Shown piece after piece: positions 56,478 through 64,000 of a stretch of DNA of 64,000 bases; position 1 is the first letter of the stretch, and each line of letters starts with the position of its first letter. The stretch is from Pseudomonadota bacterium (GTDB taxonomy: Bacteria > UBA10199 > 2-02-FULL-44-16 > JAAZCA01). The stretch spans positions 17,765-81,764 of the forward strand of contig JAZDOG010000056.1 of assembly GCA_043798915.1 (NCBI GenBank), in the 5' to 3' direction. The notes beneath the pieces were generated by a model. That model was not told the DNA's origin, searched no databases, and saw nothing but the letters and a program-made list of their open reading frames with translations. The translations under genes and the position numbers were made by a program.

Positions 56478-56951
56478 TTAACCTCCTTCAGACTGCAGAC
56501 CTGATTTTCTATCCAGCAGCCCCTTCTGTATCTTGAGTATCGCGTCGAAGAGCTGCTCGGGCCTCGGGGGACAGCCGGGTATGTAGATGTCCACCGGAAC
56601 GATCTCATCGATGCCCTGGATGGTATGATAGTTGTCGTAGAAGCCGCCCGACGCTGCGCATGCGCCGTAGGCCACGACCCATTTCGGCTCCGGCATCTGG
56701 TCGTAGATGCGCTTCAGTGTCGGCGCCTGCTTGTACGAGACCGTCCCCATCACGAGCAGCAGATCGGCCTGCCTGGGCGAGAAGCGCACGAGCTCGGCGC
56801 CAAAGCGAGAGATGTCGTAGCGGCCGGAGACCGCGCCCATGAACTCGATCGCGCAGCAGGCCGTTCCATAGGGCATCGGCCAGAGGCTGTACTTCCTGGC
56901 CCAGTTCACGACGTCGGATATTCTGGTAGTTATGAATCCTGTGCCGAGCAT
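56478..56951 (-). CDS. nuoB: NADH-quinone oxidoreductase subunit B
   Basis: GTACCAIE, SPRQADL, GACAASGG and YIPGCPPRPE. Confidence 0.97.
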   Translation of the reverse strand: MLGTGFITTRISDVVNWARKYSLWPMPYGTACCAIEFMGAVSGRYDISRFGAELVRFSPRQADLLLVMGTVSYKQAPTLKRIYDQMPEPKWVVAYGACAASGGFYDNYHTIQGIDEIVPVDIYIPGCPPRPEQLFDAILKIQKGLLDRKSGLQSEGG

Positions 56952-56963
56952 AATATCCAGCCT

Positions 56964-57338
56964 TCAGTCTTCCCACTCCAATGCGCCCTTGCCCCAGGCG
57001 TAGACGAGCGCGAGCAAGAGCACCGCAAGAAAGATGGCCATCTCCACCATGAGGATCATCCCCGAGCCCGACCGCACGGCGCGGCCGAACGCGAGAGCCC
57101 AGGGGTAGAAGAAGACCACCTCCACGTCGAATATGAGGAAGAGCACCGCGACGAGGAAGAATTTCACGGACAGCCTGTGGCGCAGCGTCCCCACCGGATC
57201 CAGGCCGCACTCATAGGGGAGCGCGCGCTCGGGCGGGGCCTTACGGCGGCCGATGATCGCGGAGATCACCATTATGCCTGCGCCCGTCGCGGCGGCCAGC
57301 GCAAAGAGCATGATGAGCGCAATCTGTCCGGAATCCAT
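56964..57338 (-). CDS. nuoA: NADH-quinone oxidoreductase subunit A
   Basis: PYECG, FLIFDVEVVFFYPWA and KGALEW. Confidence 0.96.
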   Translation of the reverse strand: MDSGQIALIMLFALAAATGAGIMVISAIIGRRKAPPERALPYECGLDPVGTLRHRLSVKFFLVAVLFLIFDVEVVFFYPWALAFGRAVRSGSGMILMVEMAIFLAVLLLALVYAWGKGALEWED

Positions 57339-57375
57339 GGATGTATTCACGCAAATCGCTCCGTGGCAGGCGCTG

Positions 57376-57404
57376 ATTCTATCAGGGCCAAACGCCCATG
57401 ACAA
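57376..57404 (-). promoter_or_regulatory. Sigma70 promoter of the nuo operon
   Basis: TTGTCA-17 nt-TAGAAT with a TG extension. Confidence 0.65.
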
Positions 57405-57508
57405 CAGAAGAAACCGGCCAATTCCATTTGACAAATCAAGGGAGGGGAAACAAATTTTTGAATTGTTGTCGCTATATCACACAGAACTTCATAAGTTGCG
57501 GCATGATC

Positions 57509-60500
57509 ATGCAGCCGAAACATTTTCATCTTGGAATAGATCTGGGCTCCATCTCGCTCAAGGTGGTGCTCCTGGATTCTGCGCGCAGCATCGTATTCAG
57601 CCGGTGGCAGCGAGTCGCCGGCGCGCCTCTTGCGGCGCTCGCGGAGCTCTTCGCGGAATTGCGCTTCAAATACCCCGGCGCCACGATCATGAGCACCGGC
57701 ATCACGGGCAGCGGCCGCTTCCTGATCGAGGGCCGGCTCCAGGGCCGCCCGGTCAACGAGATCACCGCCCAGGCCCGCGCGTGCCGCGAGCTCTGCCCCG
57801 GAGTCCTCTCCATCATCGAGATAGGCGGGCAGGATTCAAAGTTCATCGTCCTGAGCGAAGACGCTAACGCGGGCGCATCGATCAGCGATTTCAGGATGAA
57901 CGAGCTCTGCGCCGCCGGCACCGGCGCGTTTCTCGACCAGCAGGCGACGAGGCTTGGGCTTGCGATAGAGGAGTTTTCAGAGCTTTCGCTCGCCGCCGTC
58001 AATCCGGTGCCTATTGCGGGACGCTGCGCCGTCTTCGCAAAGACGGACATGACGCATCACCAGCAGCAGGGGGCCGCCCTCCCGGACATCGTCGCCGGAT
58101 TGAACGATGCGCTCGTCCGAAGCTATCTCTCCAACATGGTGCGCGGCAGGGATGTCCCGGCACCTGTTTCCTTTCAGGGCGGCGTCGCTGGAAACGCGGG
58201 GCTCGTCGCCTCTTTCAGGAAGGCCCTCTCGCTCGAAGATAAGGAACTCGTGGTGCCCGAGCATCATCGCGTGATGGGGGCGGTTGGGGCCGCGCTGGTC
58301 GGCGCCGACGGGCCTCTTTCGCTCTCCAGGTCCCTCGCCAAAATCGAGGACGCCCTCGGCGAGCAAAGCTCCGGCGGCATTGCGCGCGCAGGCACAGGCA
58401 AGGCTGTGCGCCTGGTTATTCCAAGCCTCGCGCCACGTGAGCCGGATTTTTCGAACCTCGCGCTCGACGGGACATATGTGGGAATAGATGTCGGCTCCGT
58501 CTCGGTGAAGGCCGTCGTCGTGGAGCCGGAAGGAGTAGCCTTTTCCGACTACCGTCTCTCCGACGGCCGTCCCCTCGATGCGCTCCGCGACATGCTCTCG
58601 CGGATGGAGCCGCATCTGGCTGGGACTCGCATCCAGGGCGCCGGCATAACCGGCAGCGGCCGGCATTTCATAGGCCGGCTCCTCGGCGCTGACTCGATAC
58701 AGAACGAAATCACCGCCCAGGCGCGCGCGGCGGCATTTCTGCTCCCCGGCGCCGACACGCTGATCGAGATAGGGGGGCAGGATGCGAAGTTCATGCGGCT
58801 CGATTGCCATCGCGCGTCGCACTTCGCCATGAACCGCGTCTGCGCCGCCGGCACCGGCGCGTTTCTCCAGGAGCAGGCCGAGAGGCTCGGCGTCGACATC
58901 GAGGATGAATTCGCCAGCGAGGCATTCAGGAGCGAAAACCCCGCGGCGCTCGGCGCCCGCTGCACAGTTTTCATGGAGTCCGATCTCGTCTCGCATCAGC
59001 AGCAGGGGGCGGGCAGAAGCGACCTCATCGCCGGTCTGGCATCGAGCATCGTGCTCAACTATTTCGAAAAGGTCGTGGCGGGACATCAGGTGGGAAATAA
59101 TATCCTCTTCACCGGCGGCGTTGCGGAGAACCGCGCGGTGGTCGCCGCGCTCGAAGCGAGGCTCCGCGTCCCGGTTGCCACCTCAAAGCTGGGGAAAATA
59201 TCCGGGGCGCTCGGCGCAGCGCTCGGCGCATTCGAGGCCAGGCAGAGCGGCCTCTACGGCGAGAGCAATTTCGCAATCTCGGCAGACGCATTATCCTATG
59301 ACCAGTTCATATGCGACAGCTGCCCAAATAATTGCAGGATCACGAAGACCAGAGAAAATACATTTGGTGGGAGATGCGGGAAGTGGGATAGGGCAGCTTC
59401 CGGCCATCGTCATCGTCCGAAATCGCTCATCAAGGAGCGCCTCGCGCTTCTCGAAGGAAACGTTTGGCAGGATGGCTCGCGCCCCGCAAAAGCCTCGGCA
59501 AAAAGGGTGGGCATACCGCGCGCGCTCCTGGCCTTCGACCGGCTCCCGGCATGGCGCGCGTTCTTCGAAGAGCTCGGCTGCGAGATCGTCCTCTCCCCGC
59601 CCACCGACGACGCCATCCTCGCGCTGGGGATGAAGAAACTCGTGGTCGAGAATTGCCTGCCGGTCAAGGCCTTCTGCTCGCACATCTGCTGGCTGGAGGA
59701 GAAAGGCAGCGTCGATCTCCTCTTCGTCCCGTCGTTCGTATCCACGGGGAGAGACGCCCACGGGAAGGAAACGTTCCACTGCCCCTACATCCAGTCTGCG
59801 GTGCAGTTCGCAAGGCCAGTCACCGGCCTCCCGATCTTGAATCCCGTCGTCAACTGGCGATGGAATCCGCGCGACGAGGAGAGGGCGATGGCCGCCATCG
59901 CAGCTAAACTTGGTGCCACGAAAAGAAGAAGGATCCGCGCATGGAAAAGAGCGGCCGGGGAGCAGCTTCTTTTCCGGATCGCGCTGCGCCGCATAGGGGC
60001 GGAGGTGCTCTCCGGCCTCGCCGCCGGAAAGATCGGGCGCGCTCTCGTGCTGCTCGGCAAAGATTACAACATATGCGATCCGAGGCTCTCCTCGAACGCC
60101 GCCGGGATCCTCGAGTCGATGGGCGAGGTCGTGCTCACGCAGGACATGCTCGCGGACGACGGCGGCGCCTACTCGGAGGCCTACCGGCAGATGTACTGGT
60201 CCCATGGCAAGGAGATCCTGGCCGCGGCGGAAATCGCCGCTAAGACGCCGGGCCTCTACCCGGTCTTCGTCACGAGTTTCGGCTGCGGGCCGGATTCGTT
60301 TACGCTGGGGCCCACCCGCGACATCATGCGCGACAAGCCGCTGCTCGTGCTCGAGGTCGATGAGCACAGCTCGTCGGTCGGGATGGAGACGAGGATCGAG
60401 GCGTTCCTCGACTCGATCGAAGGCAGCCCCGCGGTGAGGCGCGCGCCAGGGCGCGCCGCGTTCAGGCCGACGGCCAGAATCCGCCGGGTCTATCTGCCAA

Positions 60501-61678
60501 ACTTCTCTGACCACAGCATCGCGTTTGCGGCGGCAATACGCTCGATGGGGCTTGAACCCGTGCTGACCTCGCTCCCTGACGACGAAGCTGCCCGGCTGGG
60601 CAGCCTCAACGCAGCCTCGGGGGAGTGCCACCCGTATTCGCTCATGCTCGGCTCCTATCTAAAGGCAGCCTCGGGCGGCGTGGACGCGGAGGGCTCCTGC
60701 TTCATGATGCCGGAGTCGGGCGCGTGCAGGGTGGGGCTCTTCGGACTGCAGATGCGGCTGGCCGCGGAGGGAGCGGCAGCGAAGCTCCCGATCATCACGC
60801 AATTCGGCGAACTCCGCCCGTGGGGCCCCGCATCGACGCGCGCGGCCTTCGTTCGCATGCTGCTCACATACTGGGAGATGATGCGCGGGATGGACTTCCT
60901 CCTCCAGAAGTTCTTCGAGACGCGCGCGAGGGAGACGACGCCCGGCTCAACCGAACGGGCGATGGCCGAGGGACGGAAGGTGCTGTGGAAGGAGATAAAT
61001 GCCGACACCCACCTCAAAGGGCTCAGGAGGGCGCTCGCGCTCCTTAACGCTGTGGAGGTCGACAGGGACAGGGAGCTCGTAAGTATTGGCATCACCGGCG
61101 ATTACTACACGCGCATCTGCGACTACGCCAACGGCAACATCTTCCGCGACATAGAGAGGATGGGCGGCGTAATCATGCTGCCGCCCACGATGTCTGAGTT
61201 CGTCAAGTACAACGCGCACCAGCGGCCAGCTGCCGATTTCCGTCATCGCCATGCCGGCGAGTTCTTGCAGTCGCTGGCCGTCCGGGGCATAGTGGGCGCA
61301 AGGGAGAGGCGCGTGCGCAGGATATTCGACGGATCGCTCTCCTACGGGGTGCCGCTCGAGTACAATCGCTCGATGAAACTCATTGAAAAGTACATGGACC
61401 CGAGGCTCCCCGCGGGGCTCACCGGATCTGTCGCCGCGACGATGGAGCAGCTCTCTGCCGGCGCGAACGGGATACTGAACCTCATCACGTTCCACTGCAC
61501 GTACGGCCTGGTGCTATCCTCCGTGCTCCAGTCGATAGGCCGGGATTTTCCGGATGTGCCGAGGCTCACGCTGATATTCGAGGGCCTGAAACCGGCGCAC
61601 AACCGGACGCGGCTCGAGGCGTTCATGGAGAGGGTGAGAGAAAAAAGGCAGAGCAAGGAGGTCATTCCATGTTCATGA
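57509..61678 (+). CDS. 2-hydroxyacyl-CoA dehydratase activase-type fusion (two BadF/BadG/BcrA/BcrD ATPase domains + DUF2229-like domains)
   Basis: GID.GS, TGSGR, NEITAQ, IEIGGQD.K and CAAGTGAFL each occur twice; ENCLPVK, FGCGPD, EVDEH and TRIEAF follow. Start is uncertain (57503 or 57509). Confidence 0.9.
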   Translation: MQPKHFHLGIDLGSISLKVVLLDSARSIVFSRWQRVAGAPLAALAELFAELRFKYPGATIMSTGITGSGRFLIEGRLQGRPVNEITAQARACRELCPGVLSIIEIGGQDSKFIVLSEDANAGASISDFRMNELCAAGTGAFLDQQATRLGLAIEEFSELSLAAVNPVPIAGRCAVFAKTDMTHHQQQGAALPDIVAGLNDALVRSYLSNMVRGRDVPAPVSFQGGVAGNAGLVASFRKALSLEDKELVVPEHHRVMGAVGAALVGADGPLSLSRSLAKIEDALGEQSSGGIARAGTGKAVRLVIPSLAPREPDFSNLALDGTYVGIDVGSVSVKAVVVEPEGVAFSDYRLSDGRPLDALRDMLSRMEPHLAGTRIQGAGITGSGRHFIGRLLGADSIQNEITAQARAAAFLLPGADTLIEIGGQDAKFMRLDCHRASHFAMNRVCAAGTGAFLQEQAERLGVDIEDEFASEAFRSENPAALGARCTVFMESDLVSHQQQGAGRSDLIAGLASSIVLNYFEKVVAGHQVGNNILFTGGVAENRAVVAALEARLRVPVATSKLGKISGALGAALGAFEARQSGLYGESNFAISADALSYDQFICDSCPNNCRITKTRENTFGGRCGKWDRAASGHRHRPKSLIKERLALLEGNVWQDGSRPAKASAKRVGIPRALLAFDRLPAWRAFFEELGCEIVLSPPTDDAILALGMKKLVVENCLPVKAFCSHICWLEEKGSVDLLFVPSFVSTGRDAHGKETFHCPYIQSAVQFARPVTGLPILNPVVNWRWNPRDEERAMAAIAAKLGATKRRRIRAWKRAAGEQLLFRIALRRIGAEVLSGLAAGKIGRALVLLGKDYNICDPRLSSNAAGILESMGEVVLTQDMLADDGGAYSEAYRQMYWSHGKEILAAAEIAAKTPGLYPVFVTSFGCGPDSFTLGPTRDIMRDKPLLVLEVDEHSSSVGMETRIEAFLDSIEGSPAVRRAPGRAAFRPTARIRRVYLPNFSDHSIAFAAAIRSMGLEPVLTSLPDDEAARLGSLNAASGECHPYSLMLGSYLKAASGGVDAEGSCFMMPESGACRVGLFGLQMRLAAEGAAAKLPIITQFGELRPWGPASTRAAFVRMLLTYWEMMRGMDFLLQKFFETRARETTPGSTERAMAEGRKVLWKEINADTHLKGLRRALALLNAVEVDRDRELVSIGITGDYYTRICDYANGNIFRDIERMGGVIMLPPTMSEFVKYNAHQRPAADFRHRHAGEFLQSLAVRGIVGARERRVRRIFDGSLSYGVPLEYNRSMKLIEKYMDPRLPAGLTGSVAATMEQLSAGANGILNLITFHCTYGLVLSSVLQSIGRDFPDVPRLTLIFEGLKPAHNRTRLEAFMERVREKRQSKEVIPCS

Positions 61679-62079
61679 GATTCGTCGTGTTCGGCATGGC
61701 TGGCATCGTGGCTTCGCTTCTCTTCACCGCCGTAAAAGGCGCGGTGATGGAGCGCCGCTATGACTTCACCGGCCAGGCATCGCTCATCCTCTTTCCAGCC
61801 TATGGCCTTATCGCCGTCTTCTATCCGCTGATCTCCATGCACATCGGCGGCATGCCCTGGTACGCGCGCGGAGCTATCTACATGCTCGCGTTCTACGCCG
61901 CGCAGTATCTCGTGGGCCTGGGGCTCTCGAGGATCGACGTCTGTCCGTGGAAATATGCGGGGAAGTGGTCGCTCCAGGGGCTCGTCCGCGCGGAGGATGC
62001 GCCGCTCTGGTTTGCCTCGGGGCTTCTGGTGGAGTGGTTCTATCCGCTGGTCAAGTCGGTCGCGAGTTCGCTTGGCTAA
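61669..62079 (+). CDS. Small membrane protein (possibly TMEM229/CmpB-like)
   Basis: Four TMs; CPWKY..KWSLQGLVR....PLWF pattern. Confidence 0.65.
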   Translation: MFMRFVVFGMAGIVASLLFTAVKGAVMERRYDFTGQASLILFPAYGLIAVFYPLISMHIGGMPWYARGAIYMLAFYAAQYLVGLGLSRIDVCPWKYAGKWSLQGLVRAEDAPLWFASGLLVEWFYPLVKSVASSLG

Positions 62080-62092
62080 GGCAAGGATTAAC

Positions 62093-63460
62093 TCACCGTT
62101 TTGCTTTCAAGTAAGCCGACACGCGGTCGACCTCGGCGCGGGCGTGCGCGATCGTGTCGGAGACGGAGACCCCGTTGAAGTAGCTCCCGGTCAGGAATAT
62201 GCCCGGGAGGCCGAGCAACCTTTCTTCGATCATCTTGAGCCTCCGCCCATGCCCCACGGTGTATTGCGGTATGGACTGGCCCGTTCGCTTCACGAATACG
62301 CGGCGTGGTTTGGCGCGGATGCCCATCGTCGATTCGAGCCCGGAGAGGACCTCCGCCGTGATCTCGTCGTCCGAGAGGTCGACGAGCCCGGGGTCGGTGG
62401 CTCCGCCGATGAAGTTTGTGAGGAGCGCCTCTCCCTTGGGGCAGCGGGAGGGAAAGATCGCGGATGACCATATCGAACCCAGGAGGCGAATTTTCTCGCT
62501 CCTCGAGATCAGGACGCCGAAGCCATCGAGCGGCACCGGGATATCCTTCTCCGCGAACGCCGTGTGGACCACCGCCAGCGGCGCATACGGCACGGCGCCC
62601 AGAGGCGTGGCGATATCGGGGTCGAGCTCAGCCAGCATGATCGCGGCCACCGGCGCCGGCGCCGCCACGACGACCGCGTCGGCCTCGACCGGGAGCGTCT
62701 TCCCATCGAGTCGGATCTTGAAGCCGCCTCCCCTGCCGCGCTCAACAGAGCGGACCGAGGTCTCAAGATGCAGCCGGTTTTTCATCTCCTCCTCGAGCCG
62801 CGCCGTGAGCGTCCCCATCCCCCATCGAAACGAAAAGAGCCCGCGCTTTTGCGAGCCGCCTGCCAGTTTCTTCATCCCGCGAAGGACGCTGCCGCACTCG
62901 CGCTCGATATCGACGAGCTTGGGGCAAACGCTCTCCACCTCCAGCTGGGCGGCGTCGCCGGCCCACACTCCGGAGACGAACGGATCGACGAGCGAATCCA
63001 GGACCTCGCGGCCGGCGCGCCTCGCGACGAATTGGGCGAGGCTCTCCGAGCCGGCGGACTTCGTCTTCACCATGAGTTCGGCAAACATGCGCAGCTTGCC
63101 GCGGAATGAGAGCAGCCGGCTCTTGAGAAAGGAACCCGGCCCCATCGGCAGCTCGTGCATGGAGCCCCGCGCCCGTATGTAGCGCCTGCGCGAAAGGGCG
63201 TCGCTCCCCACGATCTGCGGATTGATAGAGAGCTCGCGCGCGAGCATCGCGATAGGTTCGGCGCTGGCCAGGAATGCGTTCGGGCCCTGCTCCAGGAGGT
63301 AGCGCTCCTCCTTGAGCACCGTCCTCACCGCGCCGCCGGCGTGCGCGGTGCGCTCGAAGATCTCCACATCGACGCCGCGCTTGCGCAGATAGTAGGCTGC
63401 CGAAAGCCCGGCGACCCCGGCCCCGATCACAACGACCTTGTTTTTGGGCTGCGCATCCAT
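62093..63460 (-). CDS. hemY: Protoporphyrinogen/coproporphyrinogen oxidase (HemY type)
   Basis: GAGVAGLSAA FAD motif, EQGPN, GFGVL, SSAIFP.R.P, IPQYTVGH and GVSVSDTI. Confidence 0.93.
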   Translation of the reverse strand: MDAQPKNKVVVIGAGVAGLSAAYYLRKRGVDVEIFERTAHAGGAVRTVLKEERYLLEQGPNAFLASAEPIAMLARELSINPQIVGSDALSRRRYIRARGSMHELPMGPGSFLKSRLLSFRGKLRMFAELMVKTKSAGSESLAQFVARRAGREVLDSLVDPFVSGVWAGDAAQLEVESVCPKLVDIERECGSVLRGMKKLAGGSQKRGLFSFRWGMGTLTARLEEEMKNRLHLETSVRSVERGRGGGFKIRLDGKTLPVEADAVVVAAPAPVAAIMLAELDPDIATPLGAVPYAPLAVVHTAFAEKDIPVPLDGFGVLISRSEKIRLLGSIWSSAIFPSRCPKGEALLTNFIGGATDPGLVDLSDDEITAEVLSGLESTMGIRAKPRRVFVKRTGQSIPQYTVGHGRRLKMIEERLLGLPGIFLTGSYFNGVSVSDTIAHARAEVDRVSAYLKAKR

Positions 63461-63471
63461 AGGGAATTATC

Positions 63472-64000
63472 TCACACAGAGAGTTTAATCAGCGCTTCCA
63501 GCAAATGCGGCGATTCGAGCGGCGGCGTTGCCCTCATGATCCTCGTCATCCCGAAGTCTGCCGCGCGCGGGATGATCTCCATATCGATATCGCACCATGT
63601 CTCGACGTTGTCGTAAAGAAAACTTATCGGGACGATGAGGCAATTGCGCACGCCCGCCTTGCCCAGGCGCTCGAGCTCCTGCTCGATCCGAGGTCCGGTC
63701 CACCGTCCCCAAGGCGCCCTGCTCTGGTATGCGACGGACGTGATGCGCGCATTGTCCAGCTGATCGGCGATCAGGCGGGCCGATTCCGCAACCTCTTTCG
63801 CGTACGCCGCGCCATCGGCGCCGCCTCTCCCGGCCGGAATCGCGTGCGCCGAGAAGAGGAGGTGCACCCGCGCTCCCAGAGGAAACTTTGCCAGCGCATC
63901 GCGCACGGACTGCCCCCAGGCCTCAACAAATTCCGGCCTCTCATACAACGGACCCGCAATGCGGGCGCAGACGCCCCGGCATTTCGGCAGGGCGAGAACG
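63472..64000 (-). CDS. hemH: Ferrochelatase, 3' part (5' end lies beyond the window)
   Basis: LLFSAHAIP, YQSR..W..P and PISF..DNVET..DID. Confidence 0.88.
   Translation of the reverse strand, partial: VLALPKCRGVCARIAGPLYERPEFVEAWGQSVRDALAKFPLGARVHLLFSAHAIPAGRGGADGAAYAKEVAESARLIADQLDNARITSVAYQSRAPWGRWTGPRIEQELERLGKAGVRNCLIVPISFLYDNVETWCDIDMEIIPRAADFGMTRIMRATPPLESPHLLEALIKLSV

Noticed and set aside
8050..63182. Many long alternative-frame and antisense ORFs (e.g. 8050-9819, 14423-15676, 20105-21556, 41146-42807, 53640-55457, 59291-60631)
   Set aside because: They overlap well-supported genes, lack motifs and are expected in GC-rich DNA with few stop codons.
1..64000. Prophage, IS element, integron, retron or diversity-generating retroelement
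   Set aside because: No integrase, transposase, reverse transcriptase, phage structural gene or template/variable repeat pair was recognised. DUF5131 alone does not indicate a prophage.

Overview
GC-rich bacterial chromosomal window, probably from a deltaproteobacterium-like (Myxococcota/Bdellovibrionota-related) lineage; this is inferred from the FHA-sigma54 activator, the Cys-rich lipoprotein and the Lgt type. Core genes include cspA, gmk, two deoxynucleoside kinases, rlpA, a proline/ornithine catabolic cluster (P5C dehydrogenase, proline dehydrogenase, rocD), valS, nadC, nadA, ligA, lgt, lemA, a complex I (nuo) operon that lacks nuoI, hemY and part of hemH. The most unusual feature is the nuo operon, which carries three kinds of insertion. 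(i) A 5.4-kb AT-rich cassette (AlbA_2/Schlafen-HATPase-HTH, DarT, DarG, DUF5131, second AlbA_2 paralogue) sits between nuoE and nuoF with no recognisable promoter, terminator or integrase. (ii) An exported TPR-like gene sits between nuoB and nuoCD. (iii) REP-like palindromic elements of two types occur at five sites, three of them translated in frame. Other oddities: a sharply AT-rich 1.1-kb in-frame block inside ligA; a degenerate CHASE2 half-cyclase; a catalytically dead exported thermonuclease; sigma54 promoters on cell-wall hydrolases and a lipoprotein next to an FHA-bEBP; a fully punctuated 60-aa orphan microprotein; a sigma28-like promoter on an orphan coiled-coil protein; a cytoplasmic trypsin plus zinc-ribbon pair; and hipBA. 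No rRNA, tRNA, CRISPR array, transposase, integrase or reverse transcriptase was recognised. All calls come from reading motifs by eye; no database searches were run.
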